Origin: Dehalococcoidia bacterium
Lineage (GTDB): Bacteria; Chloroflexota; Dehalococcoidia; Lucifugimonadales; CAJWER01
Assembly: GCA_965209165.1 (NCBI GenBank)
Contig: CBDBQI010000006.1
Coordinates: 258,891-322,890 of the forward strand
Length of the DNA stretch: 64,000 bases
Reading direction: 5' to 3'
A program made the position numbers and the translations under genes. The notes under the pieces were generated by a model. The model had not been told where the DNA came from. It worked only from the letters and a program-made list of their open reading frames with translations, and did no database searches. Position 1 is the stretch's first letter, and each line of letters begins with the position of its first letter. Of the stretch, positions 37,336 through 47,164 are shown piece after piece.

Positions 37336-38384
37336 GGATCACCGAGGTCAGCGCCGTCTACCCGAAGTGGAAGAGGCCGCCGAGCGACGCCTGGCAGTCC
37401 CACTTCTGGCAGATCGTCGTCCGCGTCGAGGCCGACGACGGCACGGTCGGCTACGGCTACGGGGGCGGCGGCGACCCCGCCTGCATCGTCGTCAACCGCC
37501 ACTTCCGCGACCTGGTCGTTGGGCGCGTCGTCGAGAGCCCCGACGACATTCGCGCGGTCTGGGACCACGTCTACGCCCTCTCCCTCCCCTACGGGCGCAA
37601 GGGCCTCGCCGTGATGGCCCTCAGCGGACTCGACCTGGCGCTGTGGGACCTCCTCGGCAAGAGGCAGGGCAGGCCCGTGTACGACCTCCTCGGCGGCCTC
37701 CGCAGACCCAGTGTCAGGGCCTACGCGACCGGCGCGGACTTCGAGCGCCACCGCGACATGGGCTACACGGCCGCCAAGTTCGGCCCGGCGAAATCGGAGT
37801 CGAAGGTCGACGTCGAAGCCACCGTCGCGACGGCCCGACGCGCCCGGTCCGTATTCGGCGACGACGCCCTCGTCATGTCCGACTGCTACATGTCGTGGGA
37901 CTTCGACACCACCGTCACAATGGCCGGCGCCCTGCGCGAGTTCGACCTCTACTGGTTCGAGGACGTCACAACGCCCGACCGGCTGGAGGAGCAGGCGGCG
38001 CTGAGGGAGATCGTCCGCCCCGTCAACATCGCCGGCGGCGAGCACGAGTTCACCCGCTTCGGCTTCGCCGACATAGCCAGGGCCGGCGCGCTGGACATAT
38101 GGCAGCCCGACATCACATGGTGCGGCGGCATCACCGAGACACTGCGCATCCTCGACATGGCCCGCGAGCACGGCATCCCCGTCGCGCCTCACCGGGGCGG
38201 CGAGATATGGGGCCTCCACCTCATGGCCGCCACCGACTGCGCCGACCTCGCCGAAACCCACCCCGTGCGATGGACCAGCTCAGCCGACGAGCTGTGGCTG
38301 GGCGAGCCCAGGGTCGTCGACGGCCACATCGCCCCCCTTGACCGCCCAGGCTTCGGCGTAGTCCTGAACGAGGCTATGCTGTAG
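37332..38384 (+). CDS. Enolase-superfamily enzyme (mandelate racemase / acid-sugar dehydratase family)
   Basis: ATG overlaps the upstream stop (ATGA). Motifs: ALSGLDLALWDLLGKRQGRPVYDLLGG, and metal-ligand regions MSDCY, WFEDV, GGEHEF. Confidence 0.8.
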   Translation: MRITEVSAVYPKWKRPPSDAWQSHFWQIVVRVEADDGTVGYGYGGGGDPACIVVNRHFRDLVVGRVVESPDDIRAVWDHVYALSLPYGRKGLAVMALSGLDLALWDLLGKRQGRPVYDLLGGLRRPSVRAYATGADFERHRDMGYTAAKFGPAKSESKVDVEATVATARRARSVFGDDALVMSDCYMSWDFDTTVTMAGALREFDLYWFEDVTTPDRLEEQAALREIVRPVNIAGGEHEFTRFGFADIARAGALDIWQPDITWCGGITETLRILDMAREHGIPVAPHRGGEIWGLHLMAATDCADLAETHPVRWTSSADELWLGEPRVVDGHIAPLDRPGFGVVLNEAML

Positions 38385-38469
38385 CCGCCTGCCCCCTCTG
38401 AAGACTCTTACCCCTTCTCCCTTGACCGGAGAGGGCTGGGGTGAGGGTGAAGGCGGGGCAGGGGTGAAT

Positions 38470-39324
38470 TCAGCCACCCACCGCAGGCGACCACCCGTAT
38501 ATCCTCGCGAGCGACCCGCCCATCAGCGCGGCACGCTCTCCATCCGTAAGCCCGTCCGTCACCCTGAACGCCTCCACGCCCTGCTCGTACGTCAGCAGCC
38601 GCACGGCGCGCGTCCAGTCCGTCCCCCACATGCACCTGTCGAAGCCGTACGCGTCGAATATCCTGCCCAGCGGCTCCCATATGTCCGCGTAGGGGAACGG
38701 CTCGTGCGACAGCGTGCAGGCCCCGGAGATCTTGATCGCCACGTTGTCAAGCTCGGCCAGCGACAGCACGTTCGCCAAGTCCGCGAACGGCTCCGGCGGC
38801 GGGGGCGGCTGGAACGGCTGGGCCAGCCCCACGTGATCGACCACCACCTGCGTGTCCGGATGCCGGCGCGCAAGCTCGCGCACCAGCGGTAGCTGGCCCG
38901 AGCCCATGATGTTGATCGGCACCCCTGCCCGCCTCCCAGCGGTGAGTATGCGGCCCAGCCCGGGGTGGTCCGCGTCGAATTCCCCGTACGTGAGCATGAT
39001 GCGGGCCCCGACCACGCCCGGCCTTCCCGTCCAGTCCGCCATCTCGTCGGCGGTCGCCTCCGACTCCGCGTCGAACGGTCTGATCAGCCCGAACCTGCCC
39101 GGGTGCTTCGCGTACACCTCCAGCGCGTAGCTGGCGTCGTAGCGGTACATCGAGTACGGCGAGACCAGCAGCGCCCCGTCGACGCCCACCGCGTCCATCG
39201 CAGCGACCATGTCATCGCCCGTGACCTCATCCGGCCCCTCCAGCGACCCGTGCCAGGGACGCTCGGGGCTGTTCCGCTCGTACGCGTGCACCTGCGAGTC
39301 GATTACCGGAGTGCGGTTGGCCAT
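38470..39324 (-). CDS. Amidohydrolase_2 (ACMSD/lactonase-like) family protein
   Basis: VIDSQVHAY N-terminal metal motif, VVDHVG, and WGTDW near the C-terminus are typical of this family. Confidence 0.75.
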   Translation of the reverse strand: MANRTPVIDSQVHAYERNSPERPWHGSLEGPDEVTGDDMVAAMDAVGVDGALLVSPYSMYRYDASYALEVYAKHPGRFGLIRPFDAESEATADEMADWTGRPGVVGARIMLTYGEFDADHPGLGRILTAGRRAGVPINIMGSGQLPLVRELARRHPDTQVVVDHVGLAQPFQPPPPPEPFADLANVLSLAELDNVAIKISGACTLSHEPFPYADIWEPLGRIFDAYGFDRCMWGTDWTRAVRLLTYEQGVEAFRVTDGLTDGERAALMGGSLARIYGWSPAVGG

Positions 39325-39504
39325 TGCAGCCCTCCTGTTGATTCCTGCGCCATAGGATAACGCCGCCTGCCGGGCCCCTCAACAACGGCCGGAAGTTGAC
39401 CTGCTGCGCCACCGGTGCGCTGTGATAGTATGCGGAAGTCGTGTGCCGGCCTTTCGTCGCCTGCGATTGCCGGCCATAGACCAATCGGAAGGGGAGGTGA
39501 CGCG

Positions 39505-40047
39505 ATGCTGGACAGGATGATAGGCGCCGCCCGGTTGAACTCCGAGACCTACGAGGAAGTGGAGCATGACCGCGGCGCCACTATCCAGGCCCTGGTGGTG
39601 GTGATAATCGTTGCCGCATTCAGCGGTATCGGGACCTACTTGAGCGGTGACGCCAGCCTTCTCGATGCGGTGATACTCGGCGCGGCCCGGGGAGTCGTCG
39701 TATGGGCCGTGTGGGCCCTGGTGACCTGGATGATTGGTGCAACACTACTGAAGACCCCGGACACCGAAGCCGACTGGGGGCAGCTCGCTCGGTGCACGGG
39801 TTTCGCGCAGACCCCAGGGCTCCTGAACATCCTGATCTTCATCCCGTTTGTCGGATGGGCCTTCGGGCTGGTGTCGTTCGTCTGGCAGTTCGCGGCCATG
39901 TTGGTCGCCGTCCGGCAAAGCCTGGACTACAAGTCGACGTGGCGCGCCTTCTTCGTCATCCTGATCTCCTTCGTAGTCGCCATGATCATATTCCTGCCGG
40001 TGGCGATCATCCTGTTCATACTAGGCGGCGATACGGCAACCTCATAG
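39505..40047 (+). CDS. Yip1-domain membrane protein, tandem copy 1
   Basis: Trimmed to an ATG with a GGGGAGG RBS. Motifs: TYEEVEHDRGATIQAL, five TM segments, GFAQTPGLLNIL. Paralog of 40205..40729. Confidence 0.65.
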   Translation: MLDRMIGAARLNSETYEEVEHDRGATIQALVVVIIVAAFSGIGTYLSGDASLLDAVILGAARGVVVWAVWALVTWMIGATLLKTPDTEADWGQLARCTGFAQTPGLLNILIFIPFVGWAFGLVSFVWQFAAMLVAVRQSLDYKSTWRAFFVILISFVVAMIIFLPVAIILFILGGDTATS

Positions 40048-40204
40048 AAGACATCGACCCCCCGGCCCACATGAGGAGGGAGCCTTCGCACTGAGCGGCG
40101 TTATGCCCGCACGCGGGCAGCGCTGGGTAGTATGCCGGGGTCGCGTCCCCTTGGTTGCACGCTACCGCTAGCCTGCGGACACGAATGGGGAGCGAGGTAA
40201 CGCG

Positions 40205-40729
40205 ATGCTGGACGGGATGCTCGGCAGGATGCTCGGCGCCGCCCTGTTACGTCCCAATACCTTCGAGGAAGTGGAGGACGACAGCGGGGCAACCAAACAG
40301 GCTGTGGCCGTGGTAATCATGGTCGCAGTCTTCACCGGCATCGGGGTCTCCCTGAGCGGCTACGCCAGTTTCTTCGATGCAGTGGTATACGGCGTATTCC
40401 GCGGCGCCATCGGCTGGGCCATCTGGGCGTTTGTGACCCTTGTGGTTGGAACGGTGTTCCTGAAGGTGCCGGATACCGACGCCGACTGGGGACAGATGGC
40501 TCGGGTCACGGGTTTCGCCCAGACCCCCGGACTTCTCAACATTCTCACCTTCATATACGTGGCCGAGCTCTATATCTGGTTGGGCGCATTCCTGTGGCAA
40601 TTCGCGGCCATGATGGTTGGCGTACGCCAGGCGCTGGACTACACGTCGTACTGGCGAGCGTTCTTCGTGATCCTCATCTCATCCTTGTTCGTCCTCGTAG
40701 TCGTCACCACCGCGGTCTGGGGCTGGTAA
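40205..40729 (+). CDS. Yip1-domain membrane protein, tandem copy 2
   Basis: Same architecture and conserved blocks as copy 1 (TFEEVEDDSGATKQAV, DADWGQMARVTGFAQTPGLLNIL). The upstream leader is also similar (..gaggtaacgcgATGctggac). Confidence 0.65.
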   Translation: MLDGMLGRMLGAALLRPNTFEEVEDDSGATKQAVAVVIMVAVFTGIGVSLSGYASFFDAVVYGVFRGAIGWAIWAFVTLVVGTVFLKVPDTDADWGQMARVTGFAQTPGLLNILTFIYVAELYIWLGAFLWQFAAMMVGVRQALDYTSYWRAFFVILISSLFVLVVVTTAVWGW

Positions 40730-40790
40730 CCCAGGGTTCGTCTCGTGGAAACTGTGCCGGCGGCGATGACCCGGCTCCGCAAGTTCACAG

Positions 40791-41300
40791 GTGCCGGTGC
40801 GTCGCCCCGACGGGCCGCTGTCCTGGGAGCACCCGTTGATTGATCGGCCGCCGCCCGGAAGGGGATACCTGGCGTTACTCTACGGGCTCATCCTGAGCAC
40901 GCTCGCAATGTTCGTCGTAATCGGCCTGCTCCTCCGCGGAGAGGGACTCGTCGGGCAGGTCCTGGCGGTTGTGATCTTCTACATCCCCATGACGGCGCTG
41001 ACCCTCGCTCCGCTTCACGCCGCCCTTCGTACCGTGTACGAGCTCTCGGACCGCACCCTGCGCCTCAGGTCCGGCATCATCATCCGCGCCGAGCTCCGGT
41101 ACGGCGACATCGCAAGTGTCGAGCGGGTCGACTTCATCACCCGCGTCGTGGGCTGGGGAGGCGGGCGCGGCCTCGCCAACCGCTTCACCGACGGCCTCCA
41201 GATCACCCTGCACTCAGGCGACGTCTACTTCATCAGCCCCACCGACCCCGCAGCCTTCGGCGACAGGATCCTCGCCGTCCCCGCAAAGCGAAGCCCATGA
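40791..41300 (+). CDS. Membrane protein with bacterial PH (YdbS/YdbT-like) domain
   Basis: Two N-terminal TM helices followed by YELSDRTLRLRSGIIIRAELRYGDIASVE, which is typical of bPH_2 domains. GTG start. Confidence 0.5.
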   Translation: MPVRRPDGPLSWEHPLIDRPPPGRGYLALLYGLILSTLAMFVVIGLLLRGEGLVGQVLAVVIFYIPMTALTLAPLHAALRTVYELSDRTLRLRSGIIIRAELRYGDIASVERVDFITRVVGWGGGRGLANRFTDGLQITLHSGDVYFISPTDPAAFGDRILAVPAKRSP

Positions 41301-41411
41301 TAGGAGGCGCTGACCTCCAATTCGGCCTGGCCCTACGCCGCAGTCCAGTCACAGGATTGGCCTGTGAGGGCACGTTGAGATATACTTCCAAGCTCAGTTC
41401 ACTTGCCAGCG

Positions 41412-41440
41412 TCAATGTCAATCTTGCTCATTGATATTGA
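41412..41440. promoter_or_regulatory. Candidate operator: 11-bp inverted repeat TCAATGTCAAT-N7-ATTGATATTGA
   Basis: Read directly; one mismatch between the arms. It lies 143 nt upstream of MMPL exporter 2 in an AT-richer stretch and overlaps a possible TTGCTC-N17-CTACAT promoter. Confidence 0.35.
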
Positions 41441-41582
41441 CTCTCACTACATGGCTCCGTCCGGGAGCGGTGAGATGGCCAGGGAACACCGACATGGGTC
41501 CTGCACGATACCGGTGGCGCGCTGTCTGACGGTATTTCTACGGCGCGGCGTCCGGCTAGGCCTCTCGAATGTAGGGTAGACC

Positions 41583-44048
41583 ATGGACAAGACGCTCACC
41601 GTTCTGAGCGGGCTGGTCACGGCCCGGCCGTACCTAACGCTCGGGGCGCTTCTCATTGTCACCGTCCTGCTGGGTGCAGGGGGAACGCTGCGCGCGCCGC
41701 CGCCGGACATCGCGGCGACGCTTCCAAAGGGGAGCGCCGTCGCCGACGCCCTGGACCGGATAGACGACCTGTTCGGGGAGTCGGGCGATGTCAGGGTTGC
41801 AACGCTGCTCTTCCGCGGCGAGGCCATGACGCCCGGCGGTCTCGGGCAGATGGCGTCCCTCGTCGAGGACATCGCCGCCGACCCGGGGGTGAGAGAGCTG
41901 CTGACCCCAGTCGATCCCGTCGTCTCGCCTTCCCTGCTGATCATGGCCCTTCTGCAGGTGGATGGCTTCGAGTCCGTGACACAGGCGGACATCGACGCCC
42001 TCTCAGGCCCCCCGGAGGTCCTGGGAATCCTCGGTGCGATGACGGGGACCGACACGGACGGCACCCCAGTCGCGGTCGCGTCGATCCGCATGCTCGACAC
42101 GGGCGACGAGCGGGTCAAGGACGCTGAACGCAGGATCCACGAGCTGGCGACCGGCGACGAGGGCCCGCTGCGCGTGAGCAGTATCTCGTTTGCAGTGATA
42201 GAGGACGAGTCCCGGGAGGCGGTCGAGTCGGGGATGGGGCCGTTGATAGGGCTGGCCCTGCTGCTGATCGCCGGCCTGATCCTGCTCTTCATGCGCACGA
42301 TCTCAGACCTCCTGCTCACGCTCTCAGGGCTGCTCATGTCGCTGGTCTGGATCATTGGAGCCGAAGGCTGGCTGGGACCCAATGCGCTGGGCCTCACCGG
42401 CCCGCCCAACTCCCTGACGTCTATGGTGCCGATCATCATAATCGGCCTGACGGTGGACTACGCGATTCAGGCGGTCTCCCACTACCGCGAGCGGCGCGTC
42501 GCAGGTGAACCCGTGCTGGGCGCGGTACGCACGGGACTGCGCAACGTCACTATTCCGCTGGTGCTGGCTGCGGTGACGACGATCGTGAGCCTCCTGGTGA
42601 GCCTCTTCTCCCCGTTGGAAATCGTCGGGGACTTCGGCATCATCGCTGGGATGGGCGTGGGAATGAGCTTGATCGTGATGCTCACGCTGATTCCTGCCGG
42701 ACGTACGATCATCGACCGGCGGCGCGAGGCCCGCGGCTCGTTGCCCCCGGCCCGCCCTATATCCAGCGCATTGCCAGGCATCGAGAGGATGGCGGAGCTA
42801 TTGGGGAGGCAGGTAACACGCAGGCCCGCTCCCTACATCATCGTCGTGGTCGCCGTCACAATAGGGCTCGGGTACGCGGCCACGGGCATCGAGTCCGAAT
42901 TCAGCATCCGCGACCTGCTTCCCAGGGGCGGCAGCGTGCTCGAGGACCTGAACACGCTCGACTCCTCCGTCGGCGGCTCGACGGAGATGACCAGCATCCT
43001 GGTGACGGCCGAGGCGACGGAGACCCGCACGCTCCTGAACATTCAAGACCTCGAAATAGCCTTCCGGGATGACGAGCGGCGGCCACCTGCGGCAGCCGGC
43101 CCTATTGTGACTTCGTACGAGCTGCTCGTGCAGGACTGGACTACCGACAGCGGCGAGCCGGGAGACAAGTATGACCCGGAGCTCGCTGCGCTCTTCGAGG
43201 AAGCCTCCGCGGGAGTCCGGCTCGACCCGGGGCTGATGCAGGAGTTCCTCGACAGGCTCGAGGCGAAGGATCCCGCCGTCGCGCACAGCCTGGTGAACGA
43301 ACCGGATCGCGTCGACACCATACTGCTCCAGTTCCCGGCTTACACGGGCGATCCCGAGGCGAGCAAGCAGCTGCAGGGAGACATAGAAGAGCTCTGGTTC
43401 GGCGTCGACGACGCCATCACCGCGACTTCGGACAGCATCATCTCGTTCGCGGTCACGGATGCCATCAGGGACCGGCAGACCGAGTCGATCGCCACGACCA
43501 TCCTCGTCGCCCTCGTCGTCCTCGCCTTCTTCTTCTGGCTGACGGTGCGCCAGGCGGCCCTGGCGATCGTGGCGGTCGCGCCGACCGCGCTGGTGCTCAT
43601 CTCGGTGCTGGGTACGATGGCGCTGCTCGACATCCCGTACACCATCATCACGTCGATCATCACGGCTCTCTCCATCGGGATCGGGGTGGACTACACCATT
43701 CACATGATCCACCGCTACCGCGAGGAGTTCACCCGCCTGCGCAACCCGGAGCAGGCGGCCGTCCAGACACTCGCGACGACCGGCTCGGCGCTGCTCGGCT
43801 CCGCGCTGACGACGGCGCTCGGCATAGGGGTACTGGCTGCCTCGCCGCTAGCCGCGTCCCAGCAGTTCGGCATCACGGCGGCGATAACCATCGCCTATTC
43901 GCTGCTGGTCTCCATCCTGGTCGTGCCCCCAGCCATGACTGTGTGGGGCGCGTACCAGAACATGCGGCTGCGCTCCATGGTGAAGCGCCAGTGGGATGAG
44001 CTCGACCTTGCGATAGAAGACATACACAGGCGCCACGGTGAGGCGTAG
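41583..44048 (+). CDS. MMPL/RND-superfamily (HAE3-like) lipid exporter, paralog 2
   Basis: Colinear with 25001..27487 (for example FRGEAMTPGGLGQMASL vs FRGEALTPGGLSQMSSL, and LTVDYAIQAVSHYRER vs LTVDYAIQTVSHYREQ). Confidence 0.85.
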   Translation: MDKTLTVLSGLVTARPYLTLGALLIVTVLLGAGGTLRAPPPDIAATLPKGSAVADALDRIDDLFGESGDVRVATLLFRGEAMTPGGLGQMASLVEDIAADPGVRELLTPVDPVVSPSLLIMALLQVDGFESVTQADIDALSGPPEVLGILGAMTGTDTDGTPVAVASIRMLDTGDERVKDAERRIHELATGDEGPLRVSSISFAVIEDESREAVESGMGPLIGLALLLIAGLILLFMRTISDLLLTLSGLLMSLVWIIGAEGWLGPNALGLTGPPNSLTSMVPIIIIGLTVDYAIQAVSHYRERRVAGEPVLGAVRTGLRNVTIPLVLAAVTTIVSLLVSLFSPLEIVGDFGIIAGMGVGMSLIVMLTLIPAGRTIIDRRREARGSLPPARPISSALPGIERMAELLGRQVTRRPAPYIIVVVAVTIGLGYAATGIESEFSIRDLLPRGGSVLEDLNTLDSSVGGSTEMTSILVTAEATETRTLLNIQDLEIAFRDDERRPPAAAGPIVTSYELLVQDWTTDSGEPGDKYDPELAALFEEASAGVRLDPGLMQEFLDRLEAKDPAVAHSLVNEPDRVDTILLQFPAYTGDPEASKQLQGDIEELWFGVDDAITATSDSIISFAVTDAIRDRQTESIATTILVALVVLAFFFWLTVRQAALAIVAVAPTALVLISVLGTMALLDIPYTIITSIITALSIGIGVDYTIHMIHRYREEFTRLRNPEQAAVQTLATTGSALLGSALTTALGIGVLAASPLAASQQFGITAAITIAYSLLVSILVVPPAMTVWGAYQNMRLRSMVKRQWDELDLAIEDIHRRHGEA

Positions 44049-44226
44049 GGTGGAAAAAAGCGACGGGCGCCGTTCAGCGCCAAGCGGAGGTTGTACGCGC
44101 CACGGGCCGGGCCATACCCGGCTCTTGTGATCGCTGGCCTCGACTGTATGCTATAGGCGGAAACTGGAGCGCCGAGGGGGAACACCCCGATGACGGCGCC
44201 CATGAACAACAGGAGGGGTGGTAGAG

Positions 44227-45006
44227 ATGACGATCAGATACGCAGGTCTGGCATTGATGGTCGGTGTAGTGCTGGCTTTCGTGGCTCCGCTGTTCATGCC
44301 TGGGTACACCTTCATAAACCCGGTGGACCAGACTGACTTCCCCACGGCGCTGAGGGCCCTGGGCGATTCGGCGGTCCTGGCTCACTGGATGACGTTCTTC
44401 ACGCTCATTTCGCTGCTGCTTATGTCCTTCGGCTTCCTGGGCATCCTGCCCATGGCGGTCCGGCAAGGCGGGCTGGGAGGAAAGCTCCTGCAGTTCGGCA
44501 TCATCGCCACGCTCATCGAATGGAGCATTCTCATCATCGCCACGGGGATGCGCCACTTCGAAATCCACCTGATGCAGCGCAGCAACCTGGCTTCGACAGG
44601 GTCCCAGACGGCGGCAGACTTCGAGGCGGCGGCCCTGGCAGTGCACATCGACATGACGGGGATCACTTTGGCATTCATAGCGCTGGTCCCGCTATCGTCT
44701 AGCCTGTTCGGCATTGGGCTGTCCACCCGGTTCGCCTCAATGGACCTCTACAAGGGGGCATGCTACGTTATGGTGGCAGCAGGAGCGGTGGCGATGGCCA
44801 ACTTCCTGCTGGCAATGAATGCTCCCGACCTCGGCATCCAGGCACTGCTCATGGTGAACTCCATATCCCTCTACATCCAGGGGGTCTGCCTGATCATCGT
44901 CGGGTACGGCATGTACCAAGGACAAGAAGAGCTCTCCGGGGAGTCCCCAGCCGCTCCCCAAGCTGGAGTGCCTGGGACTATGCAGGCAGGAACAGCAGGC
45001 GGCTGA
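44227..45006 (+). CDS. Hypothetical polytopic membrane protein
   Basis: ATG with an AGGAGGGG RBS 8 nt upstream. About 7 hydrophobic segments. No family recognised. Confidence 0.55.
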   Translation: MTIRYAGLALMVGVVLAFVAPLFMPGYTFINPVDQTDFPTALRALGDSAVLAHWMTFFTLISLLLMSFGFLGILPMAVRQGGLGGKLLQFGIIATLIEWSILIIATGMRHFEIHLMQRSNLASTGSQTAADFEAAALAVHIDMTGITLAFIALVPLSSSLFGIGLSTRFASMDLYKGACYVMVAAGAVAMANFLLAMNAPDLGIQALLMVNSISLYIQGVCLIIVGYGMYQGQEELSGESPAAPQAGVPGTMQAGTAGG

Positions 45007-45019
45007 GATCCTCCTGCAG

Positions 45020-45040
45020 GGGCGGGTTTCAAACCCGCCC
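45020..45040 (+). terminator. Hairpin repeat family C (GGGCGGGTTT/AAACCCGCCC), terminator-like, copy 1
   Basis: Perfect 10-bp stem starting 14 nt after the stop at 45006. A related copy lies at 50899..50920, after the stop at 50889. No clear T-tract. Confidence 0.4.
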
Positions 45041-45179
45041 TCCAGGTTCCTCAGGCAGCGGCCGCAAAGGCGCTGGACCTGGCCGCTGCCACGCATTTGA
45101 CCGGCCCCGGTCGATGGGATAACGTTGCGTCCATCTACCGGCGCACTTGTCCTCCAAGCGGGACAGCAGGACCTACTGG

Positions 45180-46631
45180 ATGGCCGATGGCCAATCGCAG
45201 GATTCCGGACCAGAGCCAAGCCCGCGGCCTGAGACCGCTGCCTCTCCGGGGACGCGCGGCGGCCGCCGGAGGCGGACTGGACGACCCGGCCGCGACCTAA
45301 CCAGGGGAAGCGTACGCCGGCACCTCTGGTACCTTGGTTGGCCCCAGATAGCCGAGGGCGCCCTCGGCGTCGTCGACCAATTCGCCGACCTGGTCTGGGC
45401 AGGCCGCCTGGGCTTCCAGGCGATTGCCGGTCTCGGGGTTGCCCAGTCCTACCTCATGCTGGCGTTCATGGCCCGCATGGGCCTCGACTCGGCCATGAGG
45501 TCGATGATCGCCCGCGCCCTCGGAGCCAGGAACGCCGCCCGCGCCAACCACGTCCTGCTGCAGTCGATGGTGCTGACCGGCGTCTATGCCGGCCTGATGA
45601 TCGCCATCGGTCAGCTGCTGACCGAGCCGATGCTGCGCCTGCTGGGCCTGAGCGACGCCGTCATAGCGGAGGCGGCGGGGTACATGAGGATCCAGTTCAT
45701 GGCGATGGGCATACTGGGCTTCCACCGCCTCACCGGCGGGGCACTGCAGGCCGCGGGCGATCCGATGACGCCCCTGAAGGCGGCAACCACGACGAGGGTC
45801 CTTCACCTGGTGTTGAGCCCGATCCTGATCTTCGGCTGGCTGGGGTTCCCCTCCATGGGACTGGCGGGCGCGGCCGTCGCGAGGCTGGCGGCCGAATGGA
45901 TAGGGCTGGCCATGAACCTCTACGGGCTCACCGGGGGCAGGTCTAGGGTCCAGCTCACCCTGCGGGGCGGGCGCCTGGACCTGCCGCTGATGTGGCGCCT
46001 GGTCAGGCTGGGGCTCCCGGCCTCGGTGACCAACATGCAGCGCGGCACATCCCAGCTCATAGTCGTCGCCCTGGTGGCCCCCTTTGGGGACGGCGCGCTG
46101 GCGGCGTTCGCGCTCACGCGCAGGGCCGAGAACGTGGTGAACCAGAGCAGCAGGGGGATGGGCCGGGCCGCCGGGGCACTGGCGGGGCACAACCTGGGCG
46201 CGGAGCTTCCCGACCGCGCGAGGAGCGCGGTGAAGTGGGCCGCCATCTACTCGGCCGCCGCCACCCTCGCGCTCACGGCGCTGACAGTCGCCTTCCCCGA
46301 GCCCCTCGTAAAGCTGTTCGGCAGCGATGCCGAGTTCGTCTCCCACGCCGCAAACTGGGTCGTCATAATGGCCGTCGGCTACCTGTCCGTGAGCCTCGTG
46401 CAGGTCTTCACCCAGGCCTTCAACACCAGCGGGGACACCTTCGGCCCGATGGTCATCACGCTGGCGACGGTGTGGGCCGTCGAGCTGCCCCTGGCCCTAG
46501 CGCTGTCACTGTTCACACCCCTTGGGGAGTATGGGGTCGCGTGGGCCATCGTCATAGGCATGACCGTGCGGCTCGCGCTCTTCATCTGGTACTACCTAAG
46601 AGGCGGCTGGCTTCGCACCGGAGTCGTCTAG
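45180..46631 (+). CDS. MATE-family efflux transporter
   Basis: 12 predicted TM segments and MATE-like blocks (GWPQIAEGALGVVDQFADLVWAGRLG, ALQAAGDPMTPL). Start uncertain (45147 TTG or 45180 ATG). Confidence 0.8.
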   Translation: MADGQSQDSGPEPSPRPETAASPGTRGGRRRRTGRPGRDLTRGSVRRHLWYLGWPQIAEGALGVVDQFADLVWAGRLGFQAIAGLGVAQSYLMLAFMARMGLDSAMRSMIARALGARNAARANHVLLQSMVLTGVYAGLMIAIGQLLTEPMLRLLGLSDAVIAEAAGYMRIQFMAMGILGFHRLTGGALQAAGDPMTPLKAATTTRVLHLVLSPILIFGWLGFPSMGLAGAAVARLAAEWIGLAMNLYGLTGGRSRVQLTLRGGRLDLPLMWRLVRLGLPASVTNMQRGTSQLIVVALVAPFGDGALAAFALTRRAENVVNQSSRGMGRAAGALAGHNLGAELPDRARSAVKWAAIYSAAATLALTALTVAFPEPLVKLFGSDAEFVSHAANWVVIMAVGYLSVSLVQVFTQAFNTSGDTFGPMVITLATVWAVELPLALALSLFTPLGEYGVAWAIVIGMTVRLALFIWYYLRGGWLRTGVV

Positions 46632-46694
46632 GGGACCGGTCCTGCGACAAGGACGCCCGCAACAGGGGGAACCCAGTCCCGGCAGACCGGCGGC

Positions 46695-47039
46695 TTAGTA
46701 GTAGCCCCTCGGTTTGCGTACCCTGATAGGTTTCGCGTTGGGGAAAGCACGTCCCTCTATTGGATCTAGCAGGTCTGCAAGGTAACGCTCGACTCCACCT
46801 CGCCTCGATGGGGACACTCTAGCAAATCTCGCTTTCAGCGTGCCCTTGTTTCTATGCCTAGTTATCTTCTCATTACTCAGGTGCTGAGACAGCCGCACTC
46901 TTATTTCGTCAGCCTGTCCCACCCATATCGTTCTGCGCTTGATTCCCCTAGCATAGCCAATGACGTAGACTCCACCTAAGTTAATGCCGCTGAGATCGGC
47001 AGACCACAGATTGACTTCCTTCTGCCAGCTTAGCTTCAC
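46695..47039 (-). CDS. Possible GIY-YIG-like domain protein
   Basis: GVYVIGY..(9)..IWVGQADEIRVRLSQH loosely fits GIY-(10-13)-YIG plus a conserved Arg. Lower GC than the neighbouring genes. GTG start. Confidence 0.35.
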   Translation of the reverse strand: MKLSWQKEVNLWSADLSGINLGGVYVIGYARGIKRRTIWVGQADEIRVRLSQHLSNEKITRHRNKGTLKARFARVSPSRRGGVERYLADLLDPIEGRAFPNAKPIRVRKPRGYY

Positions 47040-47164
47040 GCCTACTTCTATGCCGCCCCTTATTGGGCTTGACCCTTCCTTCCGCTTTCAGGCTAGCACC
47101 CTCGGGTTGGCGAGTCAAAATCCGGAAGAGTCCGAGACTTGGCACCTCTCTATGGGGGAGTAAC

